This document shows, piece by piece, positions 1-10,894 of a stretch of DNA of 64,000 nucleotides. The stretch lies in contig JAYTJV010000005.1 in NCBI GenBank assembly GCA_043730825.1, forward strand, positions 4,402-68,401, in the 5' to 3' direction. This DNA comes from Pseudobdellovibrionaceae bacterium (GTDB lineage Bacteria > Bdellovibrionota > Bdellovibrionia > Bdellovibrionales > Bdellovibrionaceae). Made by a program: the position numbers and the translations under genes. The notes beneath the pieces are model-generated. The model did no database searches. It saw nothing but the letters and a program-made list of their open reading frames with translations, and was not told the DNA's origin. The number at the start of each line of letters is the position of its first letter. Position 1 is the stretch's first letter.

Positions 1-52
1 TCAGGCCCACATGCTCTTCTGAAACAATTAAATTTGTAATCTCGGAAGTCAT
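1..52 (-). CDS. 5' end of an unidentified gene running off the window (MTSEITNLIVSEEHVGL...)
   Basis: ATG at 52-50 on the minus strand directly abuts the stop (55-53) of the upstream J-domain gene and stays open to the window edge. Only 17 codons are visible, so no product call. Confidence 0.2.
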   Translation of the reverse strand, partial: MTSEITNLIVSEEHVGL

Positions 53-673
53 TTAAGGGTTCTTTTTGAACAAAGACATATAAGAGTCTGCAACTTTTCG
101 ATCGTTCAGGTTTAGTTCTTTTGCGATTTGAACTATGTAACCGCGAACGAACACGGGCGCAGGTAAGCTTTTGATATCCATTTTTTCAATTGCTTGAATG
201 TAGAATGGATTAATTTTTGTCTTATCACTTAAGCGCTCGACAGAGTGGCCTTTGTATTCACGAACTCTTTTAAGAAATGGTCCGTCCCAGTCGCGCTTAT
301 CAACAATTTCTCTTTCGAGAGCTTCATCTTTTTGATAAGTGGGCTTTTGCTGTTGTTGCTTAGGCTCCGGATAATATTGTTTGCTAGCACCTAAAATTGA
401 TCCATATGACAAATCTTCAAGCGTATAAGAATTTGAAAGTAGTCTTTGATCATATATAGAACGAAGAGTTTTGTTTCCTAATATAGAATAGGCCTCTTCA
501 ATTAAACCTAAGAGCTCTCGAGCCTCTACGTCAGTGAAAACGGTGTAAATAGCAGGATTTTCGCCTGAATATGTACGCTTCGCACGGTCATAGGCAGTCG
601 TGACTTCATGTTGAGCCGCATTAGTTGGTAACTCTAGTACTTCATAATAATTGTGCTTCGGTAACTGAGGCAT
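53..673 (-). CDS. DnaJ (J-domain) protein fused to a RodZ-like helix-turn-helix domain
   Basis: N-terminal J-domain-like signature YYEVLELPTNAAQHEVTTAYDRAKRTYS. The C-terminal segment KTKINPFYIQAIEKMDIKSLPAPVFVRGYIVQIAKELNL resembles the RodZ-type HTH. Confidence 0.75.
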   Translation of the reverse strand: MPQLPKHNYYEVLELPTNAAQHEVTTAYDRAKRTYSGENPAIYTVFTDVEARELLGLIEEAYSILGNKTLRSIYDQRLLSNSYTLEDLSYGSILGASKQYYPEPKQQQQKPTYQKDEALEREIVDKRDWDGPFLKRVREYKGHSVERLSDKTKINPFYIQAIEKMDIKSLPAPVFVRGYIVQIAKELNLNDRKVADSYMSLFKKNP

Positions 674-677
674 ACAC

Positions 678-1625
678 CTATACTACGGCTCTTAGCTGAC
701 CAGGATCAATCATATGTTTACAAAGTGAAAGAAACTGTCCTGATAGGGGAGTAAAAGGTTGGGCCACTAAAACCGGTTCGCGATTTCGAAGTGACTGCCA
801 CACCGCATTGTCAAAATCGATCGCCCCACAATATTCGAGGGATAGATCGTAATACTTGTAACAAACCGAGCGCATTGAGTGACCTAATTCTGTTTGTTGA
901 GGACTTCTCACAGAATTAATAAGCAATCGAATTGGATTTTTAGATAGTTGATCAAAGTGATCAAAAACAAACCCTTCGTTATTTAAAAGATATCTTTTAA
1001 AAGAGAACGGCTCAGGCAAAATTCTTTGGCGGTGATCTCTCAAAACGTACATCAATTTGCCATAAGCATCAGCCGTTGAGTTGTCTTTCAAGGTCGAACA
1101 GATAAAGGATTCAATAAAACGGTAAGTTTTTTCGATACTTGTAGGCTCTGGATTTGAAACAAGGAACTTTTCATCACAACGCTTAAAGATGTCGAGATGG
1201 TGAGCATAAGATCCGGTACCTAAATCAATTAAAATATAATCAGCCTTAAGGCTCTTGAGATCTGTCCAAAACTTATCAATATCACCCGTTGAAAGGTGAA
1301 CCGGAGACCAAGAATCCCAGAAACCTTGCACGTATTGTAAGTGTGGATAAGGAGTATTTAAAACAACTTCGGCTAAAGACTTTTGAGATTCAAAATAATG
1401 TCGAAGGCTAAGATGAGAAGGATCAACGCCCAAAGCTGTATGAGAATTCGCACCCGTAAGATCGAAATCAATCAGCACAACATTGTGTCCAAGTTTTGAG
1501 AGAGTAAGCGCAACTGAGGTTGCGATAAAAGTTTTCCCGACTCCGCCTTTTCCTGACGAAACACCCCAAACGCAAGGCTCAACTTTTTCAACTGCATCTA
1601 AATTTGAATTATCCTGTAGAGCCAC
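678..1625 (-). CDS. MinD/ParA-family P-loop ATPase
   Basis: Deviant Walker A SGKGGVGKT followed by VVLIDFDL; 315 aa; 4 nt from the downstream J-domain gene. Confidence 0.8.
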   Translation of the reverse strand: MALQDNSNLDAVEKVEPCVWGVSSGKGGVGKTFIATSVALTLSKLGHNVVLIDFDLTGANSHTALGVDPSHLSLRHYFESQKSLAEVVLNTPYPHLQYVQGFWDSWSPVHLSTGDIDKFWTDLKSLKADYILIDLGTGSYAHHLDIFKRCDEKFLVSNPEPTSIEKTYRFIESFICSTLKDNSTADAYGKLMYVLRDHRQRILPEPFSFKRYLLNNEGFVFDHFDQLSKNPIRLLINSVRSPQQTELGHSMRSVCYKYYDLSLEYCGAIDFDNAVWQSLRNREPVLVAQPFTPLSGQFLSLCKHMIDPGQLRAVV

Positions 1626-1629
1626 TTCA

Positions 1630-2376
1630 CTACTCCTTGAAGTCGAGAGGCGACCAAACGATCCCTCGTTTTGTCTCTTCGGCTTCAGAGTAGCGAATAT
1701 AAAGGGGTTTTATTGATTTCCAGTCTAAAGTTAAGCCCGCCTGGATTTGTTCACAGGCAACAACTCCTAAACTTTCTGCGGAAGGATCATCGACAGTCCC
1801 TGTGGGCCTTAACATTTGCGAGCGAATATTTTCAGGTAGAAAGCTTTCATAAGTTAAAAAACCATCTCCGACAGTCAAAATTGGGTCGTTTAATAAAGTT
1901 TTGATATCTTTCATTGGAATAACATCGGGACCTTGCAGGGCCTTGAACTGGTTGTCTGGACCAAAGTTATAAATGGCGTAATAGCTCATGTTTTTGTAAG
2001 CATTGATTAAACATAAGATTTTTGAATTCGAGATTTTTGCTGGACTAGCTGTTCCTACCAGACCTTTGTTGAGCTCTGCTAGGTTTCGAAGTGAGTTAAC
2101 CTCTACTATTGGTTTTTGAAAAGCATAGGCAAAAGCTTTTGCAGTATTTAAAGAAACTCGAATTCCAGTAAAACTTCCAGGGCCACAACCGGCCGCATAG
2201 AAATCAATATCTGTTAATTTTAAATTAGCTTCATTGAGGATTTCAAAAACAAACTGGTGAAGAACTTCGGAATGAGATTTTTGAGTCGTCGATTTTCGAG
2301 AGTGAGTGCAGACCCCATCTTGCATGAGGGCCACACTTCCTAACTTTGTACTCGATTCAAACGCTAGTATTTTCAC
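1630..2376 (-). CDS. tsaB: tRNA threonylcarbamoyladenosine (t6A) biosynthesis protein TsaB (YeaZ-like)
   Basis: N-terminus KILAFESSTKLGSVAL and GPGSFTGIRV motif typical of TsaB/YeaZ. GTG start. Confidence 0.8.
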   Translation of the reverse strand: MKILAFESSTKLGSVALMQDGVCTHSRKSTTQKSHSEVLHQFVFEILNEANLKLTDIDFYAAGCGPGSFTGIRVSLNTAKAFAYAFQKPIVEVNSLRNLAELNKGLVGTASPAKISNSKILCLINAYKNMSYYAIYNFGPDNQFKALQGPDVIPMKDIKTLLNDPILTVGDGFLTYESFLPENIRSQMLRPTGTVDDPSAESLGVVACEQIQAGLTLDWKSIKPLYIRYSEAEETKRGIVWSPLDFKE

Positions 2377-2381
2377 TGCGC

Positions 2382-4055
2382 TTAATATGAACCGAAAAAC
2401 ACCCTATTAACATCATTAAATAATGCAAAAAGCATAAGACTCATCAATAAAACAATTCCTACTTGTTGAGCCAGTTCCATCTTGCGGATGCTAACCGGTG
2501 AGCCTTTTATGAGTTCAATTGTATAGAACAAAATCTGCCCACCATCTAAAACGGGGATTGGAAGTAAGTTCAGAACGAAAAGACTAATTGAAATTACGCC
2601 CATCATTTGAAGGAAATAATTTGCACCAGCTTTAAAAGACTCACTTGCCGCCTGACCGATTGAAAGAACTCCGCCAACATTTTTAGGAGAAATCTCGCCA
2701 GAAATAAGTCTTACGAAACTCATTAAAGTCATTACAGTCATTTCATATGATTTTTCAATTCCGGCACCAACTGCAGTGATTGGATTCAAAGTTCGAACAA
2801 GTAATGACTTTTCAGAAGCCATGGCGATCATTGGAACAATTCCAATTGTATATCGCTTTTCTTCTTTTCCAGAACTGTTCATGTGACTTGTCATCTGCGG
2901 TGTAATTGTAAGATCAGTTGTCTGACCTTCACGAAGAACTGTGACTTTCACACTTCCAGTGTCGGGTGCGTACTGTTTGATTGTTTTAATGACGTCTTCC
3001 CAACGCTTTAAAACAAAACCGTTAATTGCCACAAGCTTGTCAGACTCTTTCAAGCCGGCTTTTTGCGCAGGAGAATTATCGAAAACTTTAGCAAGATAGA
3101 GATCTGACTGTTCAATTCCAACACTTGCCAAGCTTGCCGCTGTAGGAACTTGAACATTGACTGAAAGAACTTCAGTTTTTTCTGAACCTAAAGAGTCAGC
3201 TCTTTCGAAAACTAAATTTAGCTGGGAATTCGCCTGAAGACTTTTTTCAGCTTGCTCGACTTCTCTCCAAAATTGAACTACCTGTCCATTGATTGATTTA
3301 ATTGTGTCGCCAGTTTTTATTCCTAAAGAATCTAGTAAAGAGCCTTTAGAGATCGCAATCATTGAGCCAATTGAATAATACTGAAAACCCTCGATTGAAC
3401 CAGCCATTTTAGAAAGTGCTAGTGGATTAGGATTCGGAACTGAAGCAACCTTAGCTGTGATTATTTTCGGTTCAGGATTCTGTTTTGTTACAACTTCGAA
3501 GGAAACTTCCTGATCTTTTAAAGTGTTAAGCTGGTCTTGTAACTCATCCCAAGTTGTCAGCGATTGACCGGCAACTTTATTAATTTGATCTCCGGGTCTA
3601 AATCCCATTTCAAATGCGGGTGAAGTAATTTCGAGATCACCCAAAACTGCAGGTTTACGATCCTCGCCAACAGCTGCTACCATTGCGAAAAGTAGAATGG
3701 CGAAAAATAAATTCATCAGGGGTCCCGCTAACACGATCGAAATTCTTTGCTTTACCGTTTTGTGGGTAAACGAACCAGATTTATCTGCTTCAGAAAGTGT
3801 TTCGCCTGGTTGTTCGCCGAACATTTTAACATAACCACCCAATGGGATTAGCGAAATACAGTAAACTGTGTCGCCTCTTTTCCACTGAAAAAGTTTTTTA
3901 CCGAAACCTATGCTGAAGACTTCAACGCGAACTCCGTTGTATCTTGCAACTAGGAAGTGACCAAGCTCGTGGACAAAAACTAAGATGCCCAAAAGAATGA
4001 CGAATGGTACGGCTTTAGATGATAGAAAATTTAATAATATAGACAGTAATTCCAT
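2382..4055 (-). CDS. rseP: RIP site-2 zinc metalloprotease RseP
   Basis: HELGH zinc motif near the N-terminus, central PDZ-like repeats, C-terminal NLLPIPVLDGG motif. Conserved position after cdsA. Confidence 0.9.
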   Translation of the reverse strand: MELLSILLNFLSSKAVPFVILLGILVFVHELGHFLVARYNGVRVEVFSIGFGKKLFQWKRGDTVYCISLIPLGGYVKMFGEQPGETLSEADKSGSFTHKTVKQRISIVLAGPLMNLFFAILLFAMVAAVGEDRKPAVLGDLEITSPAFEMGFRPGDQINKVAGQSLTTWDELQDQLNTLKDQEVSFEVVTKQNPEPKIITAKVASVPNPNPLALSKMAGSIEGFQYYSIGSMIAISKGSLLDSLGIKTGDTIKSINGQVVQFWREVEQAEKSLQANSQLNLVFERADSLGSEKTEVLSVNVQVPTAASLASVGIEQSDLYLAKVFDNSPAQKAGLKESDKLVAINGFVLKRWEDVIKTIKQYAPDTGSVKVTVLREGQTTDLTITPQMTSHMNSSGKEEKRYTIGIVPMIAMASEKSLLVRTLNPITAVGAGIEKSYEMTVMTLMSFVRLISGEISPKNVGGVLSIGQAASESFKAGANYFLQMMGVISISLFVLNLLPIPVLDGGQILFYTIELIKGSPVSIRKMELAQQVGIVLLMSLMLFALFNDVNRVFFGSY

Positions 4056-4073
4056 AGAACTATTGTCATGGGC

Positions 4074-4892
4074 CTATATGAGTTTTTCAAGAACTATGGC
4101 GCCTAGTAGAAAAATGGGACAGGCGAATAAAACCCCATCAATGCGGTCTAAAACGCCACCGTGCCCAGGCATTAACCCCCCAGAATCCTTCACATTTGCA
4201 ACGCGCTTCAGAAGAGATTCGAAATAATCTCCGAACTGGGCAATAACGCCCGTCGCAATACTTAAAACACAAAATGAAAATTTAGAGATTTCTGGAAAGA
4301 AGAAACTGCACGAAAGTCCTGCGAAAAAGGAAAAAATCAAACCGCCAACGGCACCTTCGAAAGTTTTTTTAGGAGAAATATTAGGCATGATCTTTTTCTG
4401 CCCGAACCCGATGCCAACCGCAAAGGCCCCGATATCCCCAGCAAAAACTACGCATAGAAGCGTAAAAAACCAATAAAGGCCTTGGGGCAAATCCAAAATT
4501 TGATAAGCAAACGCTGGAAGTAAGCCAACATAGAAAAAACCAAGTGCAGCTTTAGCTTGGACAGCAGCAACGACATTCAGTTCGCTGCTTCTTCTAGACA
4601 TGCTGATGCTAAAAACGCAGAAACAAACAAAGAAGAACGAATAAACTAAGCCAGAGTAAAGTGGTTTCCAGCTTGAGAGCAGAAAAATAAAGAGATTAAA
4701 AATATAAAACAAATAACTTTGATAAACGTTTGTAACGCCAGCAAAAAGAACGCGCGTTAGTTCACGGGCGCCAGCAAGGACTGCAAAAACCACAACAACT
4801 TTCAAACCAGTAACTTTCCAGAAATAGAAAAGAGTCAGGATAATACTTATTGCAATGACTGCAGAGATAATTCTAGTTCGTAAACTGCTCAT
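4074..4892 (-). CDS. cdsA: phosphatidate cytidylyltransferase (CDP-diglyceride synthase)
   Basis: Polytopic membrane protein with C-terminal SLLKRxxxVKDSGxLxPGHGGxLDRxD signature. Start moved to internal ATG at 4892 (MSSLRTRIIS...), because the track ORF extends 68 codons upstream into uppS. Confidence 0.85.
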   Translation of the reverse strand: MSSLRTRIISAVIAISIILTLFYFWKVTGLKVVVVFAVLAGARELTRVLFAGVTNVYQSYLFYIFNLFIFLLSSWKPLYSGLVYSFFFVCFCVFSISMSRRSSELNVVAAVQAKAALGFFYVGLLPAFAYQILDLPQGLYWFFTLLCVVFAGDIGAFAVGIGFGQKKIMPNISPKKTFEGAVGGLIFSFFAGLSCSFFFPEISKFSFCVLSIATGVIAQFGDYFESLLKRVANVKDSGGLMPGHGGVLDRIDGVLFACPIFLLGAIVLEKLI

Positions 4893-5625
4893 GAGTTTCC
4901 ATAGTTTTAATTTGGCCAAATCTGCGTTCGCGCGTATTAAAATCTTGCAGGACTGCAGCCAAATCTTCAACTGTGAACTCAGGCCATAGTTTTGTGGAAA
5001 AACAAAACTCACTATAAGCGGCCTGCCAAAGAAGGAAATTTGATAAGCGCATTTCGCCGCTTGTTCGTAAAATAAGATCAGGATCAGGCGTTTCATAAGT
5101 CTGAAGGAAAGCCGAAATAGTTTCCGCAGTAATTTCTGATGCTTTTAAGTTTCCCTTTTCAACTAGTTCAGCCATCTTGCGAACCGCTGAAGTCATTTCT
5201 TGGCGAGAGCCATAGCTAAGAGCAAAAATAAGTTTCATTCCAGTGCAATTCGCAGTCGCTTTTTGAGAATGTTCGATTGCTTCCATTACATCGCCTGGAA
5301 GTTGCGACGTATCACCAATAGTTTCAAAGCGGATATTTTCTTTAATCAAATTCTGAGTTTCCTTTTTCAAGTACTTTTTCAAAATCTTCATCAAAATTGT
5401 GACTTCAGCTTTAGGACGAAGCCAATTTTCGGTACTGAAAGCATAAAGAGTTAAATTTTTAATTCCCTTGTGGGCACATTCTTGAATAATCGTCTTCGCC
5501 ACGCGAGTACCTTTTATATGACCATAGGCCCGCTGATGACCCCGTTGTTGGGCCCAGCGTCCATTTCCGTCCATAATAATTGCAAGATGTGTAGGTAAAC
5601 GCATCAAATCTAAGCTCACTTCCAA
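4873..5625 (-). CDS. uppS: isoprenyl transferase / undecaprenyl-diphosphate synthase
   Basis: HLAIIMDGNGRWA motif and ...RTSGEMRLSNFLLWQAAYSE motif. Confidence 0.9.
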   Translation of the reverse strand: MEVSLDLMRLPTHLAIIMDGNGRWAQQRGHQRAYGHIKGTRVAKTIIQECAHKGIKNLTLYAFSTENWLRPKAEVTILMKILKKYLKKETQNLIKENIRFETIGDTSQLPGDVMEAIEHSQKATANCTGMKLIFALSYGSRQEMTSAVRKMAELVEKGNLKASEITAETISAFLQTYETPDPDLILRTSGEMRLSNFLLWQAAYSEFCFSTKLWPEFTVEDLAAVLQDFNTRERRFGQIKTMETHEQFTN

Positions 5626-5629
5626 ATAA

Positions 5630-6187
5630 TCAAATAGTTAAAATGCTTTGTTCTTTTTCTTTAGTGAGTTTATCGACCATTTTAATTGAATCATCAGTTA
5701 GCTTCTGAACATCAGCTTCAGCGCGTTTGTTTTCATCTTCGCTGATTGCTTTATCTTTAGCAGCTTTCTTCAAAGCTTCATTCGCATCTCTGCGAGCCAT
5801 ACGAATTGCGACTCTTGATTCTTCTGCGATTTTATTTACTTGTTTAGCTAAGTCTTTTCGTCGGTCTTCAGTCAAATCAGGCACTTTTAAGCGAATGATT
5901 TTTCCATCATTAATCGGAGCCATTCCCAAATCAGATTTAACAATTGCTTGTTCGATCTCTTTTAGAATTGAGCTTTCCCAAGGTGCGATTGAAAAAGATT
6001 TCGCGTCAGGTGTAGAAATCGCAGCGACCTGGCTAAGTGGAGACATATTTCCATAATAGTTAACGCGAACGTTATCTAACATTGAAACCTGGGCACGGCC
6101 AGTTCTCACTTTTTTGAATTCTTCACCAAGGGCTGCGATAGCCTTGGCCATTTTGTCTTGAGTTGCTTTTTTTACTGTATCAACCAT
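5630..6187 (-). CDS. frr: ribosome recycling factor
   Basis: 185 aa. Typical Frr sequence (RTGRAQVSMLDNVRVNYYG, LKVPDLTEDRRKDL). Conserved pyrH-frr order. Confidence 0.95.
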   Translation of the reverse strand: MVDTVKKATQDKMAKAIAALGEEFKKVRTGRAQVSMLDNVRVNYYGNMSPLSQVAAISTPDAKSFSIAPWESSILKEIEQAIVKSDLGMAPINDGKIIRLKVPDLTEDRRKDLAKQVNKIAEESRVAIRMARRDANEALKKAAKDKAISEDENKRAEADVQKLTDDSIKMVDKLTKEKEQSILTI

Positions 6188-6196
6188 GTTGACCCC

Positions 6197-7826
<1,630 letters not shown>

Positions 7827-7897
7827 ATTCGCACTCCTACATAGAAATTTTGAGATTAGAAAGTTTTAAACAAACGTGTTCGGGGGACCGAAGCTTC

Positions 7898-8875
7898 TTA
7901 TTCAGAAGCTTCGTCAGTTGTGTCCGCTGCTGCTTCAGGGTTTTCAAGCTCAGCTTGAATTTCCACTTCATCAGCAGTTCCCGCTGCAACCAGTTTTCTA
8001 GCTTTAGTAACCTTCACGATTGCAGGTTCAGCTTTTTTATCTGGTTGAGCTTTGCCACCACGACCAGCAGCTGCTGCTGCAGGAGCTGGAGCGCCACGTC
8101 GCTTCATTGGAGCTTCACCTTTGTCTTCAGTCTTCATAGCTTTTTCAGCTGTGTCAGACTGCTTGTCAGAAGATGAACGAAGTCTTTGTTCCCAAATTTT
8201 CGCGCCTTCGATGAAAGAATCAGCAATCATGTTAGTGAAAAGCTTGATAGATCGGATAGCGTCGTCGTTTCCTGGGATTGGATATTCAATAGTTTCAGGA
8301 TCTGAATTTGTATCAGCAATTGCAACAACAGGCATACCCAAGCGTTTTGCTTCAGCAACTGCGATGTGTTCTTTAGGAAGATCCACAACGAACATTGCAG
8401 AAGGCATTGTCTTCATATCTTTGATACCGCTTAGGAATTCAGAAAGTTTACCGTATTCTTTTTCGATACGAGCGCGTTCTTTTTTAGTTAAATAAGTAAG
8501 CTCGCCAGCTTCTTTCATCTTTTCGATTTTTTTCATGTGATCGATTGATGATTTGATAGTTTCGAAATTTGTTAGCATTCCACCTAACCAACGTTTTGTA
8601 ACGTGGTACTGACCACAGCGTGCAGCTGCTTCAATGATAGGTTCGATAGCTTGCTTTTTCGTTCCAACAAAAATCAAACGTCCGCCAGAGGCAGCAACTT
8701 CTTTTACGAAGTCAGCAGCTTTTTGAGCGCGAACCATTGTTTTTTGTAGATCGATGATATGAATCCCACCACGGTCTGTGTAGACGTAGTTTTTCATTTT
8801 TGGATTCCATCGTTGAGTTTGATGTCCGAAATGCACACCTGCATCCAACATCTCTTTCATAGTAACACTAGCCAT
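7898..8875 (-). CDS. rpsB: 30S ribosomal protein S2 with a long low-complexity C-terminal tail
   Basis: [20 protein letters not shown]-terminus. At 325 aa it is about 80 aa longer than the roughly 240-aa enterobacterial S2. The tail is Ala/Glu/Lys-rich. Confidence 0.95.
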   Translation of the reverse strand: MASVTMKEMLDAGVHFGHQTQRWNPKMKNYVYTDRGGIHIIDLQKTMVRAQKAADFVKEVAASGGRLIFVGTKKQAIEPIIEAAARCGQYHVTKRWLGGMLTNFETIKSSIDHMKKIEKMKEAGELTYLTKKERARIEKEYGKLSEFLSGIKDMKTMPSAMFVVDLPKEHIAVAEAKRLGMPVVAIADTNSDPETIEYPIPGNDDAIRSIKLFTNMIADSFIEGAKIWEQRLRSSSDKQSDTAEKAMKTEDKGEAPMKRRGAPAPAAAAAGRGGKAQPDKKAEPAIVKVTKARKLVAAGTADEVEIQAELENPEAAADTTDEASE

Positions 8876-9147
8876 ATAATCTCCTGTTCTGGTTAAGCCA
8901 CCTCCCGATCAGAGCTCAAAAGCGAGTTACCTTTGAGATGCGACCCCCAACTATAGCTATGTTAGAGGACCAGAAAATAATCTGGAGTGTGTAATTAGTG
9001 ACTGAGAGGGATACCAAAGCGCCGCACCAAGTGCAAGGAGTGCTTTATTTATAGGACTTTTAGTTTTTTAAGTGGACCCAATTGGGGGCTTCTAGTTTTT
9101 TCAGAGAACCCGCCGCCGCACAGACTTCGCGCCATGCAGCAATTTGT

Positions 9148-9537
9148 TTATTCGTAGCTGGAATCGTTAATTGTTTCCAAGCATTTTCGATTTTGCTCAG
9201 GATTAAAATCGGATTCAATTTTCCCCTTACGATCTAAAACATATCCAAGTGAAGTGCAGGTCGCAGTCCCATGGTTTTTAAGACCGGGTCCAAAACTCGT
9301 CTTAATTTCAGCCGTACAGAAAACGACTTTGCGTCCTTTTGTATATATAATCTTGCTACATTTGATTTGAGGGGTTTTTCCGACTCTTAAAACTTCGGCG
9401 CGAGTTTCCCCTTCGTTGACGGTTTCCAAAAGGAGACTATTTAGTTTTTTTTCGACAGCTAAAACGACCGGATCAAGATTGGGTTGAGCATGAGAAAAAA
9501 GACATAACCCAAAGACGGCAAAGGCAACTTTTTTCAC
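9148..9537 (-). CDS. small secreted hypothetical protein
   Basis: Signal peptide KKVAFAVFGLCLFSHA. GTG at 9537 preceded by GGGGGGA about 7 nt upstream is preferred over the track ATG at 9573. Confidence 0.55.
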   Translation of the reverse strand: MKKVAFAVFGLCLFSHAQPNLDPVVLAVEKKLNSLLLETVNEGETRAEVLRVGKTPQIKCSKIIYTKGRKVVFCTAEIKTSFGPGLKNHGTATCTSLGYVLDRKGKIESDFNPEQNRKCLETINDSSYE

Positions 9538-9717
9538 TCTGATTCCCCCCCGGAAAAATGAAATTAAAGGCAAAGTTGAATATAAACCACCTCATACTGA
9601 CTGAGGGGGAATTTGCGAGGAGATGTAAATATTACCCGCATTCCACTCTTGCGGAGAGGGGGTCATGATGCTATACGTCATCAAGAACTTTAAAGGTATT
9701 ACTCTCAAGGAGAAAAA

Positions 9718-10116
9718 ATGAAATCGATGATTATCGCAACGACGTTACTAGCTACTCAAGCTTTTGCTTACAATACAACTTACGTTCCAGTTCAATTTGG
9801 AAAACACACGCAAGTCGAGACTCGCACAAAAGCTTTGTATAATGCGACTCTAGTTTCTTTAAAATTAGATCTAAACTCTAAAACCGGCGCACAGCCCCTT
9901 GTTATGATTGCAAACCAAGATCAAAAAAATTGCTCTCACAAACAAACTCTTCTTTTGTACAGCGGTTACGACATGGTGACTAAGACTTACAAGCGTACTT
10001 ATGAAGTTCAAGTAATACGCGACCCAGCTCGTTCTTGCTACCTTGCGATCTACGGATCAACAAGCAACCAAGATAAAATGAAAGCCGCACGCGTAAGTAT
10101 TCTTCCAAGTAAATAA
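9718..10116 (+). CDS. small secreted hypothetical protein
   Basis: Signal peptide MKSMIIATTLLATQAFA. AAGGAG Shine-Dalgarno upstream of the ATG. Confidence 0.6.
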   Translation: MKSMIIATTLLATQAFAYNTTYVPVQFGKHTQVETRTKALYNATLVSLKLDLNSKTGAQPLVMIANQDQKNCSHKQTLLLYSGYDMVTKTYKRTYEVQVIRDPARSCYLAIYGSTSNQDKMKAARVSILPSK

Positions 10117-10365
10117 AAATATAAGCTGGCTCAACTTGATACTAGCTTCGCTGTTGAAGGATGCGACAGTGAAGCTTACTCGAACACTATCCAATTCTTT
10201 TGTCTACTTTCCGGTACTTATCCTTTTGTTTTCCTAATCAATTGTCGAAATTCAATTCAGTAAATCTTCAGGTTTGTTTTTAAGCCACTTCAGTTCGCTT
10301 TGGTCCGGCTTAGCTTTTGCTATTCTATTAATTCAGGTGGGGACCTAACGTTAAAAGGAGTTTTT

Positions 10366-10827
10366 ATGTTTAATCGTCCATCTACCAATTTCTTTTCAAT
10401 GATCATTTTAAGCGCAGTTTCAATTATCGCAATTAGCTTGAGCTCGAGTGTTTCAGATGCAAAAAGAGGAACTCGTGTTAGCGAAAAGAAAATTCGAATC
10501 GCGACATTAATGGAATCAGCTGGCGGTGAAGGCTTAGGAAAATTCCAGAGTGCTGGCGGAAAGTACAAGTTTGTTTTCGCGGCTGAAGGCTTTAGTGAAG
10601 GAGACAACATCGATATTTATGTTAACAATAAAAAAGTTGGTTCGATGACTATGGCGCTTGATCCAGTCGAAGGCATTGTTGCAGCTGAACTCGTGTTTTT
10701 GGGGGCAACAGGTGATGCGTCTGAATGGGCACCAGGGATACCTCTAGATATACCAGTAGGAACTATGATTCGCATGGTGAACACTGGCAACGGCGAAATC
10801 ATGGAAGGAAGTTTAGATATTTTATAA
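10366..10827 (+). CDS. small secreted/membrane-anchored hypothetical protein
   Basis: Internal ATG at 10366 preceded by AAAGGAG (10354-10360). N-terminal hydrophobic segment FFSMIILSAVSIIAISLSSSVSDA. Confidence 0.6.
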   Translation: MFNRPSTNFFSMIILSAVSIIAISLSSSVSDAKRGTRVSEKKIRIATLMESAGGEGLGKFQSAGGKYKFVFAAEGFSEGDNIDIYVNNKKVGSMTMALDPVEGIVAAELVFLGATGDASEWAPGIPLDIPVGTMIRMVNTGNGEIMEGSLDIL

Positions 10828-10850
10828 ATTTCGAATTAGATTTTAATTTC

Positions 10851-10886
10851 AAAAAACCCAAGCTAAAAACTTGGGTTTTTTATTTT
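10851..10886. terminator. bidirectional rho-independent terminator between convergent genes
   Basis: Stem CCCAAG (10857-10862) / CTTGGG (10870-10875) with loop CTAAAAA, flanked by an A-run on the left and a T-run on the right. Confidence 0.7.
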
Positions 10887-10894
10887 GCCAGTAG

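Noticed and set aside
4893-5096. 68-codon N-terminal extension of the cdsA ORF.
   Set aside because: It overlaps the 3' third of uppS in another frame. The internal ATG at 4892 gives a normal-length CdsA with a 20-nt overlap, the usual coupling.
9077-9086. 10-bp palindrome CCCAATTGGG in the gap between the rpsB start and the upstream secreted-protein gene (9148-9537), considered as a terminator hairpin.
   Set aside because: As a perfect palindrome it has no loop, so it cannot fold into a stable terminator stem-loop. A single short palindrome is not enough to call a binding site.
10144-10176. 11-bp stem (AGCTTCGCTGT / ACAGTGAAGCT, one G-T pair) after the 132-aa secreted protein gene, considered as a terminator.
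   Set aside because: No T-run follows it on the plus strand, so an intrinsic terminator call is not supported. It may still be a structural element.
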